A stretch of 31,401 bases of DNA from Crocosphaera sp. (GTDB lineage Bacteria > Cyanobacteriota > Cyanobacteriia > Cyanobacteriales > Microcystaceae), in assembly GCA_051439445.1 (NCBI GenBank), contig JBFRWG010000063.1, positions 1 through 31,401 of the forward strand. The letters are read 5' to 3'. Position numbers and translations under genes: made by a program. The notes below the pieces were generated by a model, which worked only from the letters and a program-made list of their open reading frames with translations, was not told the origin of the DNA and searched no databases. Positions 1-8,867 of the stretch are shown one piece after another; the stretch's first letter is position 1, and each line of letters opens with the position of its first letter.

Positions 1-285
1 AACATTTTTACTTTCTTCTAACTCCATATTAGAAAAAAGAGTCCCCTCTTTAGCTAAAACATGGCGCATAAAAGGGGCGTAAGTTCCTTTTATATCAATG
101 GTTTCTTGACGACGAACTCCTCCTCCAAAACGAATAATAATAACTCTAGGTTGCTGATAAGAAAATTCTCTTTTTTTTGCTAGATATTGGAGAGATAAAG
201 AAGGATTAACTAACAGAGACGTTATTCCTACTGTACCCAGTTTGAGAGTTTGACGACGATTTACTTTATGGGTTTCTATACTCAT
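1..285 (-). CDS. N-terminal part of a protein with a twin-arginine-like signal, running off the window edge; product unknown
   Basis: Not in the supplied ORF track. Reverse strand from ATG at 285..283 reads MSIETHKVNRRQTLKLGTVGITSLLVNPSLSLQYLAKKREFSYQQPRVIIIRFGGGVRRQETIDIKGTYAPFMRHVLAKEGTLFSNMELEESKNV, open to position 1, with RRQTLKLG followed by a hydrophobic stretch. Confidence 0.7.
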   Translation of the reverse strand, partial: MSIETHKVNRRQTLKLGTVGITSLLVNPSLSLQYLAKKREFSYQQPRVIIIRFGGGVRRQETIDIKGTYAPFMRHVLAKEGTLFSNMELEESKNV

Positions 286-401
286 GACTTTGATAGTTTT
301 AATAATATCAATTAATCAGTCACAGAATTGCAAAATTTGTAACTATTTGCTTATAATAAGATAATTATTAAATTTTTATTAAACAGGGGTAACTATTACA
401 A

Positions 402-1670
402 TTGATGCTACTATTTTCCCTATACAGCTCCCTATTGGCCAGTATAAATGATCCGCAAAGAGCCAATATAGATTACTCTGCTCATAACACGACTTTTTTA
501 GACCTATTAGCTAAAAATGACAATTTTTCCCAATTTTCTAGGCTGGATAAAAGTTTACAACTCATTAACGAGATAGAAAGTCCATTAGTCAAAGTTATGG
601 TATTAAATGACCTTGCCTTATCTTATGCTAAATTAGGTAAGCTCGATAAAGCTAGAGAAATATTAGCGCAATCTTTCCTCATTGCATCTACTTTTGAAAA
701 AATAGAATTAAAAGTTAGAGAAATGACTAATATTGCTAGTCATTATCAGAAAATCGGACAAACGGATGAATCTCTTAAAATTTTAGAAAATACTATTAAT
801 CTTGTCAATAGTATTGAAGAAAACTTATTACAGGGACAATTATTATTACATCTTTCTTTTAAATATGAAGAATTAGGGCAAAAAGAAAAAGCTAAAAGCT
901 TATTATCACAAAGTCAAACCCTCATCTCAAAAGCATCTCAACCTTTATCAGACTTTCCTTTTCAGGAAACTCCTACTCAATTTAAGTTAGGATTTACAGG
1001 AAATGTTACCTCTTTTCGTGACACTACTGGTTTTTTCGGGACTAATATTGATTACTCAAAACAATGGTCAGAGGATGATATTTTTGTAGAGGGGCAACTG
1101 TCTTTTAGTTTTGATAGTAGTCGTACAGTTAATAACTATCGACCACAAAGTTTTCTAGTTGCTGTTTACCGTAATCATTTTAATGCTGATTGGAATTTTT
1201 TTATAACTTTTTTTAATAGTGTGAATGAAAATCGATTTTCTTCTAGGAATGATGATGAGGATTTAACAGTGATTAGTGGTCTTTGGTTCGGACCATCCTT
1301 AAATTTATGGCAGGGAGGTTCTAATCAGAAGTTTTTAGACTTACAAATAGGTATGGGACCTCGTTATGAGTATGATTATATTGACTTTGAAACGAGGAAA
1401 AATGAAGTTAACCCAACTCTGGGAATTATTCTGATGGGGAAGGGTTTCTCTCTTGGAAAAGTCACGATGGATCAAAAATTTGGTTTTGTTCCAGCTTTAG
1501 ATGATTTTAACGAATATGTTATCAATTCTAATAGTAAGATTTCCTTTAGTTTAACTGAAAGGTGGTCATTTGTTAATCGTTTATTTGTGCGTTATCGTAA
1601 TCAAAGAATATTGGAAGAAAATCCTAAAGTGAATTTCTTTTTTTCTACTGGTTTAGAATATAATTTTTAA
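402..1670 (+). CDS. TPR-like N-terminus plus DUF481/outer-membrane-beta-barrel-like C-terminus, hypothetical
   Basis: 422 aa ORF. Repeated helical motifs (AREILAQSF, ESLKILENTI, KAKSLLSQSQ), then alternating beta-like segments ending in an aromatic residue (FFFSTGLEYNF), typical of outer-membrane barrels. Confidence 0.6.
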   Translation: MMLLFSLYSSLLASINDPQRANIDYSAHNTTFLDLLAKNDNFSQFSRLDKSLQLINEIESPLVKVMVLNDLALSYAKLGKLDKAREILAQSFLIASTFEKIELKVREMTNIASHYQKIGQTDESLKILENTINLVNSIEENLLQGQLLLHLSFKYEELGQKEKAKSLLSQSQTLISKASQPLSDFPFQETPTQFKLGFTGNVTSFRDTTGFFGTNIDYSKQWSEDDIFVEGQLSFSFDSSRTVNNYRPQSFLVAVYRNHFNADWNFFITFFNSVNENRFSSRNDDEDLTVISGLWFGPSLNLWQGGSNQKFLDLQIGMGPRYEYDYIDFETRKNEVNPTLGIILMGKGFSLGKVTMDQKFGFVPALDDFNEYVINSNSKISFSLTERWSFVNRLFVRYRNQRILEENPKVNFFFSTGLEYNF

Positions 1671-1702
1671 TTCCTAGTTAAAAATTCATCTTAGAGGTTC
1701 CG

Positions 1703-3796
1703 ATGAACAATTATTTATTATTTAAACAAGTCATTAAACTGATCATTATTTTCGGCTTAACTGTAAGCTTTATATTAACTAGGCCAACCCCTAGTATAGG
1801 ACAAATGTCTCTCTTTACAGCACCGACAAAAAATCCCAGAACTGAAACACCACCTTGGGATCTAAATCAGGCTTATACTTGTGGAAGATTTTGGTGTAGT
1901 AATGTTCATATTTATGATGATACTGCTAACTTCAGAAAGACTTTATTGACTCCTGAATTAACGGTAGCAGCCTTAAAAAAGCTAAATCAACCTCTAGAAA
2001 TTCCTCAAGAATTAGAGCAACGAGCAAAATTAATTGAAGGTGTTTTTAATAGCATTTTTCTGAATATTATTGAGCAAGAAAATATTAAAGAAGATAATTA
2101 TATACAAGAGGATATTCAGTTTTGGTTACCAAAAAGTTTAAAAAAATTGTTTAATTTTTCTCAAATAAAACCTTATCATCCTTGGACACCACAAGTTGAA
2201 ATTGGCATGAGAAACAATCACACAGTTATCTATACTCCCGAACAATTTGAGTTAGGCATTCCAGCACAAACAATTGTTACAGTAACTTCAATAGATGCGA
2301 AAGCCAATAGAACAACTATTGATAAATTAGCAAAAAATTGGCAAAGAGCAATTCGTTTATCTTTCAGCACTGCTTTTTGGGGATATGAATTTGATCGGAA
2401 ATATTTTGGGTTACGATGGGTTAATGCAGCTATAATTTTAGTGATTACATTGCTCATTATAGGGTTAATTGAATTTTTCCAAACCTTCATTAAAAAATAT
2501 ACTAATCATCTCAGACATGAACTGCAAAAACTGACTAAGGAAATGGCAGTTTATGGTGAAGCAATTGGTTCTAGTAATCATCGGATATCTGTTGATTTTG
2601 AGCAGGTTTCAGAGCCATTAGATAAGGAAAGGATTGAAAAACAGAAAAATCACAAAAAATTGATCAAAAAAATAAAAGTGTTTTTAAAAATTTTCATGAT
2701 TCCATATATTAGTATTAGAAAACTAATAAAAAAAAATAAGTGGCTATATTCTACGTTAAAGCATTCTCAACAAAAGCTATTTTTAAGACAGCAAACTTGG
2801 ATTAAACAAAAGAGTAATTTTAGTAAATTGCTACTCAGTATCTTGTTATTGTTACAACTATTAACGATGGCTTTTGGCTTAACAATAATAATATTTATCT
2901 TTCGCTCAACTCGCTTTTTTTCAGTCTATCTTCTAGGAGAAACAACAATTTTAATTGTCTTCTGGATTAGCTTAATTTTAGTCGATAAAATCTTAGATTT
3001 TATTGTTGATTATAGTCTTAATCGTTGGGCAAATGAAGCCCAAATTATTAATCCTGAATCTAATCGCTATACCTTACGAATTAATACTTATTCTGTTACT
3101 CTTAAACAAGGGAAAACTTTTATTATTTTGATTTTAGGATTTTATAGTAGTATCTGGTTAATAGGGTTTAATCCTTCTGTGTTAGCTGGAGCAGGAATTT
3201 TAACAGTTGCTATTGCTTTTTTGTCTCGAAATTTATTAGAAGATATGCTCAATGGTATCTTAATTTTATGGACTGATCGCTATGCTATTGGTGATGTTAT
3301 TGATGTGAATGGGATGGGAGGATTAGTTGAAAATATTAATTTATTTGTCACTTCTTTACGGAATTTAGATGGACAAGTGATTGCAATTCCTAATAGTAAA
3401 ATTTCCACAGTTATTAATCATACTAAAGATTGGTCGAGAGTTAATTTGACGATCAAAATTGCTTGGCATGAAAACATTAAAAAAGCGATAAAAATTATGA
3501 TTCAAGTCGCTCATGAAATGCAAAATGAAGCAGAATGGAGTTATAAGTTTCTGGAACCTTTAGAAGTTCTAGGGGTTGATGAAGTTTCCCATGAAGGGAT
3601 ATTAATTCATATTCTAATTAAATCTAAACCTAGTGAACATTGGTCTGTTGGTCGAGAATTTCGCTTACGAGTTAAAGAAGCATTTGACAAGGAAAATATT
3701 ACTTTGGGAATTCCCCATCATACAGTTTCTCTTATCAATAATTCTGATAAAAGTGATCAATTATTATCTTATAATGTTCCCAAAGAAGACAATTAA
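1703..3796 (+). CDS. MscS-family mechanosensitive ion channel with extended N-terminal ectodomain
   Basis: 697 aa. Core GILTVAIAFLSRNLLEDMLNGILILWTDRYAIGDVIDVNGMGGLVENINLFVTSLRNLDGQVIAIPNSKI matches the MscS TM3/beta domain pattern. Confidence 0.9.
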   Translation: MNNYLLFKQVIKLIIIFGLTVSFILTRPTPSIGQMSLFTAPTKNPRTETPPWDLNQAYTCGRFWCSNVHIYDDTANFRKTLLTPELTVAALKKLNQPLEIPQELEQRAKLIEGVFNSIFLNIIEQENIKEDNYIQEDIQFWLPKSLKKLFNFSQIKPYHPWTPQVEIGMRNNHTVIYTPEQFELGIPAQTIVTVTSIDAKANRTTIDKLAKNWQRAIRLSFSTAFWGYEFDRKYFGLRWVNAAIILVITLLIIGLIEFFQTFIKKYTNHLRHELQKLTKEMAVYGEAIGSSNHRISVDFEQVSEPLDKERIEKQKNHKKLIKKIKVFLKIFMIPYISIRKLIKKNKWLYSTLKHSQQKLFLRQQTWIKQKSNFSKLLLSILLLLQLLTMAFGLTIIIFIFRSTRFFSVYLLGETTILIVFWISLILVDKILDFIVDYSLNRWANEAQIINPESNRYTLRINTYSVTLKQGKTFIILILGFYSSIWLIGFNPSVLAGAGILTVAIAFLSRNLLEDMLNGILILWTDRYAIGDVIDVNGMGGLVENINLFVTSLRNLDGQVIAIPNSKISTVINHTKDWSRVNLTIKIAWHENIKKAIKIMIQVAHEMQNEAEWSYKFLEPLEVLGVDEVSHEGILIHILIKSKPSEHWSVGREFRLRVKEAFDKENITLGIPHHTVSLINNSDKSDQLLSYNVPKEDN

Positions 3797-5436
3797 ATAG
3801 CTAATAATGGCGCAGCATTTAATAACTTTTGAGTATAGGAATGTTCGGGGGATTGAAATAGCTTTTCAGTTTCATTAATTTCTACTATTTTACCTTGATT
3901 CATTACCGCAATACGATGACAGAAGAAACGCGCTACCCAAAGATCATGAGTAATAAATAAATAGGTTAAGTCAAAGTCATCTTTTAACTCTGACATTAAC
4001 TCTAAAACTTGTGCTTGTACACTCGCATCTAACATACTAACAGGTTCATCACAAATGACTAATTTAGGTTTAGTAATTAATGCTCTCGCAATGGCAACTC
4101 GTTGTTGTTGTCCTCCTGACAATGCTTTTGGATAACGGTTATAATAGTCTTCAACAGGGGTTAATTTAACTCGTTCTAGCATGGTAAATACTTCTTTTTT
4201 TGCTGTTTCTGCTGTGGCTAACTGATGAATAAATAAGGGATCGGCAATATTTTGTCCTACTGTCATTAAGGGGTTTAAACAAGCGTGAGGATCTTGGAAA
4301 ATCATCTGTAGTTGACGACGTTTTAAACGCATTTCTTTTTCAGAAAGTTGGGTTAAATCTTCTCCTAAAAAATCGATAGTTCCTGATGTCGCTTTTAACA
4401 ACTGTAAAATGGTTCGAGATAGGGTACTTTTTCCACAACCAGACTCACCGACTAACCCTAAAATTTCTCCTGAGTGTAACTCAAAGCTAACATCATCTAC
4501 TGCTTTAATTACTTCTGTTTCTTTTGAAAAAAATTGTTGAATAAAATTGCCTTCTAAGGAAAAATATTGTTTTAAATTATTGACAGTTAAAATTGGTTGT
4601 GTAGAAGTTGCATCTGCTTCCCATGTTTCTGCATTATTAATGTCATCTTCGTCTACTTGAACGTGCAAAGCTGCTTTTAATAAAGACTTGGTATATTCAT
4701 GTTGGGGATGATGCAAAATATCACCCATTTTACCCATTTCTACAATTTTACCTGCATTCATAACAGCCAAGCGATCGCAGTATTCTCCCACCATTGCTAA
4801 GTCATGGGAAATTAATAATAACCCCATCTCTTCCTCTTCACACAGACGGGTTAATTCTTGCAAGATTTCCGCAGCAACTGTAACATCTAAAGCAGTGGTG
4901 GGTTCATCAGCAATAATCATTTTTGGGTTTAATAATAATGCTAAGGCCATCGCAACCCGTTGTCGCATTCCCCCACTAAACTCATGGGGATATTGTCCCC
5001 AACGTTTGGGAGGAATTTTAACTTTTTCTAAGGTTTGAACTGCAACATTTTTTGCTTCTTTATGAGATAATTCTGAACGATGAGCTTGCAGGGTTTCTAA
5101 ACAATGGTCTCCAATGGTCATTAAGGGGTCAAGACGAGTCATGGGATCTTGGAACACTAATCCTACTACTTCCCCGCGAAACTTCCTTAAGGCTTCATGA
5201 TTTAAACTGAAAATAGAGTCTCTCTTAAACTCGATTTTTCCTTCTATTTGTGTTAAGTTTGGCAGCAATCCGAGAACAGCACGACCAATGGTGGACTTAC
5301 CACAACCAGACTCTCCCACCAAACCCAGTTTTTCTCCTTTATCTAGAGTAAAAGAAACTTCATCCACTGCCCAAGTTGTACTATGAGGGTATTGTATGCA
5401 CAACTTGTCAACACAAAATAAGGGTTGTCCGTTCAT
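3793..5436 (-). CDS. Oligopeptide/dipeptide ABC transporter ATP-binding protein, two fused ATPase domains (DppD-DppF / YejF-like)
   Basis: 547 aa with two Walker A motifs (GESGCGKSTIGR, GESGCGKSTLSR), two signature motifs (FSGGMRQRVAMA, LSGGQQQRVAIA) and two Walker B motifs (MIIADEPTTALD, LVICDEPVSMLD). Confidence 0.93.
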   Translation of the reverse strand: MNGQPLFCVDKLCIQYPHSTTWAVDEVSFTLDKGEKLGLVGESGCGKSTIGRAVLGLLPNLTQIEGKIEFKRDSIFSLNHEALRKFRGEVVGLVFQDPMTRLDPLMTIGDHCLETLQAHRSELSHKEAKNVAVQTLEKVKIPPKRWGQYPHEFSGGMRQRVAMALALLLNPKMIIADEPTTALDVTVAAEILQELTRLCEEEEMGLLLISHDLAMVGEYCDRLAVMNAGKIVEMGKMGDILHHPQHEYTKSLLKAALHVQVDEDDINNAETWEADATSTQPILTVNNLKQYFSLEGNFIQQFFSKETEVIKAVDDVSFELHSGEILGLVGESGCGKSTLSRTILQLLKATSGTIDFLGEDLTQLSEKEMRLKRRQLQMIFQDPHACLNPLMTVGQNIADPLFIHQLATAETAKKEVFTMLERVKLTPVEDYYNRYPKALSGGQQQRVAIARALITKPKLVICDEPVSMLDASVQAQVLELMSELKDDFDLTYLFITHDLWVARFFCHRIAVMNQGKIVEINETEKLFQSPEHSYTQKLLNAAPLLAI

Positions 5437-5626
5437 TTGTTAAATTTTTTATAGGTATATCAATAATTGCTAGTCTAACACTAGACAGCTAATTAAATAT
5501 GACCTAAAAATAAATGATCAGAGAAATTACCTCAGAGATGCATAATATTATTAAGTCTCTAAAATTAGGCTGGTATAGAAGTTATAATAAGATTATAAAG
5601 ATTAGCTAATAATTGTTTATCCTTCT

Positions 5627-5870
5627 ATGTTGACTAAATATATCGCTACTGCAATGCAAAAGGCAACTTATGAATTATTAGAGGATGGAACTTTTTATGG
5701 AGAAATTCCTCAGTGTGAAGGAGTTTGGAGTAATGCTAATACTTTAGAAACTTGTCGGGAAGATTTGCAAGATGCACGCTTATGGTTGGATAATATTAGG
5801 GTTTCGTAATGGTCATTCTTTTCCTATTATTGACGGTATTGATCTCAATGTAATGGAAGAGGTCGCCTAA
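5627..5870 (+). pseudogene. HicB-family antitoxin with an internal +1 frameshift
   Basis: ORF 5627..5809 (MLTKYIATAMQKATYELLEDGTFYGEIPQCEGVWSNANTLETCREDLQDARLW) matches the HicB N-terminus. Removing one T near 5786/5787 continues as WIILGFRNGHSFPIIDGIDLNVMEEVA*, the canonical HicB C-terminus, ending at 5870. Confidence 0.8.
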
Positions 5871-5927
5871 TATCATAGATATCAATTATACTATGTTTGT
5901 AGAATTGGTTGTTTACCGATAAAATAA

Positions 5928-6029
5928 ATGAGTATCAGCGAACTAAAAATTGAATTACCTACTGGACTGTCTCCAGAAGAAGCTAAACTATTATTAGCTA
6001 TAAAACTTTATAAAACGCATTATGAATAA
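5928..6029 (+). pseudogene. Truncated UPF0175-like (antitoxin-like) fragment
   Basis: 33 codon ORF MSISELKIELPTGLSPEEAKLLLAIKLYKTHYE*. It resembles the N-terminal half of UPF0175 proteins (...LSEEEARLLLAIKLYE...) and ends before the expected HTH portion. Confidence 0.45.
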
Positions 6030-6047
6030 AATTACAAAACCTTGTAG

Positions 6048-6104
6048 GGTGGGCAAATTAGACACTTATCTAGACTAATTATAACCTAAAAAATATTGCC
6101 CACC
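6048..6104. repeat. Short inverted repeat of the GTAGGGTGGGCA...TGCCCACC type
   Basis: GGTGGGCAA at 6048-6056 pairs perfectly with TTGCCCACC at 6096-6104. Confidence 0.6.
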
Positions 6105-6349
6105 TAACCAAACCTATCTTTAATGTTACTTTTACAAACACTTTCCGATGACTGTACAGTTTACTTACTAAAAATATTTTATTTCATCATACATCAGCCC
6201 CAGTTAACTTAACTAGGGCTGATGTATTATAGGGTTTGATAATGGCTGTTTATAGTTAGGGTCTTTATATCGGCTGACCCCATTTGAAACTGTCTACATA
6301 ATTGCTTAAGTTTTGCCAAAAGTTACATTTCTTAATTATTTCTTTATAT

Positions 6350-6907
6350 TTAGTTTTTCATCTTTTTGTGGCGTTTTGTGAACTTATGTTTCGGGGACAT
6401 CAGAGAAACCCCCAATTTTTGGGAGATCCAGACCTCAATATTATGGATAGGATAGGAACGAGCAGCAACAGCAGGATCAACCATCGGATCGACAAGGATA
6501 GTAAACATTCCTAAACGGTTTCCTGCTAAAACATCGGTAAACAAGCGATCGCCTACCATAGCAACTTGAGAGATGGGCAGTTCCATAGCACGAATAGCCT
6601 TACGGAGTTTGCGTCGAGAAGGTTTCCCCGCACCAAAAATATAAGGTAACCCTAAAGAGTCAGCAATGCGACCAATGCGGTTCTCACTGATATTATTACT
6701 CACCAACCAAATAGGAAGAGGTTGTCGAATGTGATCAACCCATTGTCGTAACTCCTCAGACACATAAGCTTTTTTCAGAGGGACAAGGGTTTCATCCACA
6801 TCTAAGACTAATCCCTTAATCTGATAATAATCGAGAATTTCTCTGGTCAAACCGAGAACCGTATCGCCTAAAATTAGATCAGGCTGTAAGAGTTTTGCCT
6901 TAGACAT
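6350..6907 (-). CDS. YqeG-family HAD IIIA-type phosphatase
   Basis: 185 aa with LVLDVDETLVPL (HAD motif I), WLVSNN (motif II) and MVGDRLFTDVLAGNRLGMFTILVDP (motif IV). Confidence 0.92.
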   Translation of the reverse strand: MSKAKLLQPDLILGDTVLGLTREILDYYQIKGLVLDVDETLVPLKKAYVSEELRQWVDHIRQPLPIWLVSNNISENRIGRIADSLGLPYIFGAGKPSRRKLRKAIRAMELPISQVAMVGDRLFTDVLAGNRLGMFTILVDPMVDPAVAARSYPIHNIEVWISQKLGVSLMSPKHKFTKRHKKMKN

Positions 6908-7171
6908 AAACTGTATTTATTACTCAAAATTGTCCATTATCGCTCTATTCCATTTTAGTTGATCCTGAGTCCCTCTCGTTTTTTACATTAATTAACTAAA
7001 ATTTATTTATCTTTATTTTTAACAACAAAAGTACATTTTGACGTTATAAAAATATACAAAAAAAAGTGGATCATTGCCAAGAAATGTAAATATACTTATG
7101 AAATAACAAGGCAGGTAGTTATTGTTACAATCTGTCCTTAATTATTGTTGTGATTCCGTTATTATTTACCT

Positions 7172-8233
7172 ATGACAACCACCATACAAAGCCAAAATCC
7201 TTCCCTCTGGGAACGGTTTTGTCAGTGGATAACTAGCACTAATAACCGCTTATATATCGGCTGGTTTGGCGTGATTCTTATCCCCACATTATTAACCGCA
7301 ACCATCTGCTTTATCATCGCTTTTATCGCTGCGCCTCCCGTTGACATCGATGGTATTCGCGAACCCGTTGCCGGCTCCCTGCTCTATGGAAATAATATTA
7401 TTTCTGGTGCAGTGGTTCCTTCTTCCAATGCGATTGGGTTACACTTCTATCCCATCTGGGAAGCAGCATCCCTTGATGAATGGTTGTACAATGGCGGTCC
7501 TTATCAGTTAGTCATTTTCCATTTTCTCATTGGTGTTTTCTGCTGGATGGGAAGACAATGGGAACTATCCTATCGTTTAGGAATGCGTCCCTGGATCTGT
7601 GTTGCTTATAGCGCACCTGTATCTGCCGCTACTGCTGTATTCTTAATCTATCCCATTGGACAAGGTTCCTTCTCCGATGGAATGCCATTAGGTATCAGTG
7701 GAACCTTTAACTTTATGTTTGTGTTCCAAGCAGAACATAACATTTTGATGCACCCCTTCCATATGTTGGGTGTTGCAGGTGTCTTCGGTGGTGCTTTATT
7801 CTCTGCCATGCACGGAAGTTTAGTCACCTCCAGTTTAGTTCGTGAAACAACGGAAACCGAGTCCCAAAATTACGGTTATAAGTTTGGACAAGAAGAAGAA
7901 ACCTATAACATTGTGGCTGCTCATGGTTACTTTGGTCGTTTAATCTTCCAATATGCTTCCTTTAACAATAGTCGTGCTTTACACTTCTTCTTAGGAGCGT
8001 GGCCGGTTATTGGTATTTGGTTTACTGCCATGGGAGTCTCCACCATGGCCTTTAATCTCAATGGATTTAACTTTAATCAATCCATTTTAGATTCACAAGG
8101 TCGTGTGATTGGCACTTGGGCCGACGTTCTCAACCGTGCAGGGATTGGTATGGAAGTGATGCACGAACGCAATGCTCATAACTTCCCCTTAGACTTAGCT
8201 AGTGGTGAACAGACTTTAATTGCTAAACGTTAA
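7172..8233 (+). CDS. psbA: Photosystem II D1 protein, divergent isoform
   Basis: 353 aa, near-canonical D1 along its length. In canonical numbering TyrZ161, D170, E189, H190, H198, H215, H272, H332, E333, H337, D342 and A344 are all present. Confidence 0.98.
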   Translation: MTTTIQSQNPSLWERFCQWITSTNNRLYIGWFGVILIPTLLTATICFIIAFIAAPPVDIDGIREPVAGSLLYGNNIISGAVVPSSNAIGLHFYPIWEAASLDEWLYNGGPYQLVIFHFLIGVFCWMGRQWELSYRLGMRPWICVAYSAPVSAATAVFLIYPIGQGSFSDGMPLGISGTFNFMFVFQAEHNILMHPFHMLGVAGVFGGALFSAMHGSLVTSSLVRETTETESQNYGYKFGQEEETYNIVAAHGYFGRLIFQYASFNNSRALHFFLGAWPVIGIWFTAMGVSTMAFNLNGFNFNQSILDSQGRVIGTWADVLNRAGIGMEVMHERNAHNFPLDLASGEQTLIAKR

Positions 8234-8257
8234 ATCTCGAAACCCTTATCTAATTGA

Positions 8258-8293
8258 AACCCCATCTAAGAATTTTGGATGGGGTTTTGTTTT
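8258..8293 (+). terminator. Rho-independent terminator of psbA
   Basis: AACCCCATC (8258-8266) / GATGGGGTT (8278-8286), 9-bp perfect stem followed by TTTGTTTT, 25 nt after the psbA stop. Confidence 0.85.
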
Positions 8294-8460
8294 GGAACAA
8301 AAATCATTAGTGCTTTTGTGTTTATAGTATTGCTGTCCTTTTTCCCACAGTTCCCACACCCCACACCTCCCATCTCTAGAACGTTTTGCGCTACCATATT
8401 ACCCATAGGGTTGATGAAGCCCTAAATATTGCCCACATTAGCTAAAGAAAGGGGGCGAAC

Positions 8461-8862
8461 ATGGCTAATAGTCGTCGAGTTTCTCGTGTTTCCTCGTTAA
8501 TTAAGCGAGAAGTCTCTCAAATGATCCTGTTTGATATCAAAGATGATCGTGTTGGTGCCGGAATGGTCAGTATTACTGATGTTGATCTCTCTGGAGACTT
8601 ACAACACGCTAAAATTTTTGTCAGCATCTATGGCACAGAGGAAGCCAAAATTGAAACTATGGAGGGTTTAAAATCTTCTGAAGCTTATGTTAGAAAAGAA
8701 CTAGCACATCGTATTCGTCTCAGACGCGCCCCTGAAGTCACCTTTTTTGAGGATCATGGTATTGAAAGAGGGGATAAAATGCTCCATCTCCTTGACAAAA
8801 TTCGAGAAACGACTCCCCCAGAAAATGAGTCTTTTGATCTAGAAGATGACTACCATAATTAA
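8461..8862 (+). CDS. rbfA: 30S ribosome-binding factor A
   Basis: 133 aa: [22 protein letters not shown]...[23 protein letters not shown]...[22 protein letters not shown], characteristic of RbfA. Confidence 0.95.
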   Translation: MANSRRVSRVSSLIKREVSQMILFDIKDDRVGAGMVSITDVDLSGDLQHAKIFVSIYGTEEAKIETMEGLKSSEAYVRKELAHRIRLRRAPEVTFFEDHGIERGDKMLHLLDKIRETTPPENESFDLEDDYHN

Positions 8863-8867
8863 TCTTT

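Noticed and set aside
2230-2490. 86-aa ORF on the minus strand
   Set aside because: It lies entirely antisense to the well-supported MscS-like CDS; composition looks incidental.
6302-6514. 70-aa + strand ORF
   Set aside because: Overlaps antisense to the yqeG-like gene and has no recognisable features; its 5' part is intergenic.
8340-8400. CCCACA-rich stretch (cccacagttcccacaccccacacctccca) considered as a repeat array
   Set aside because: Imperfect, with only about three degenerate units and no spacer regularity; not a CRISPR array.
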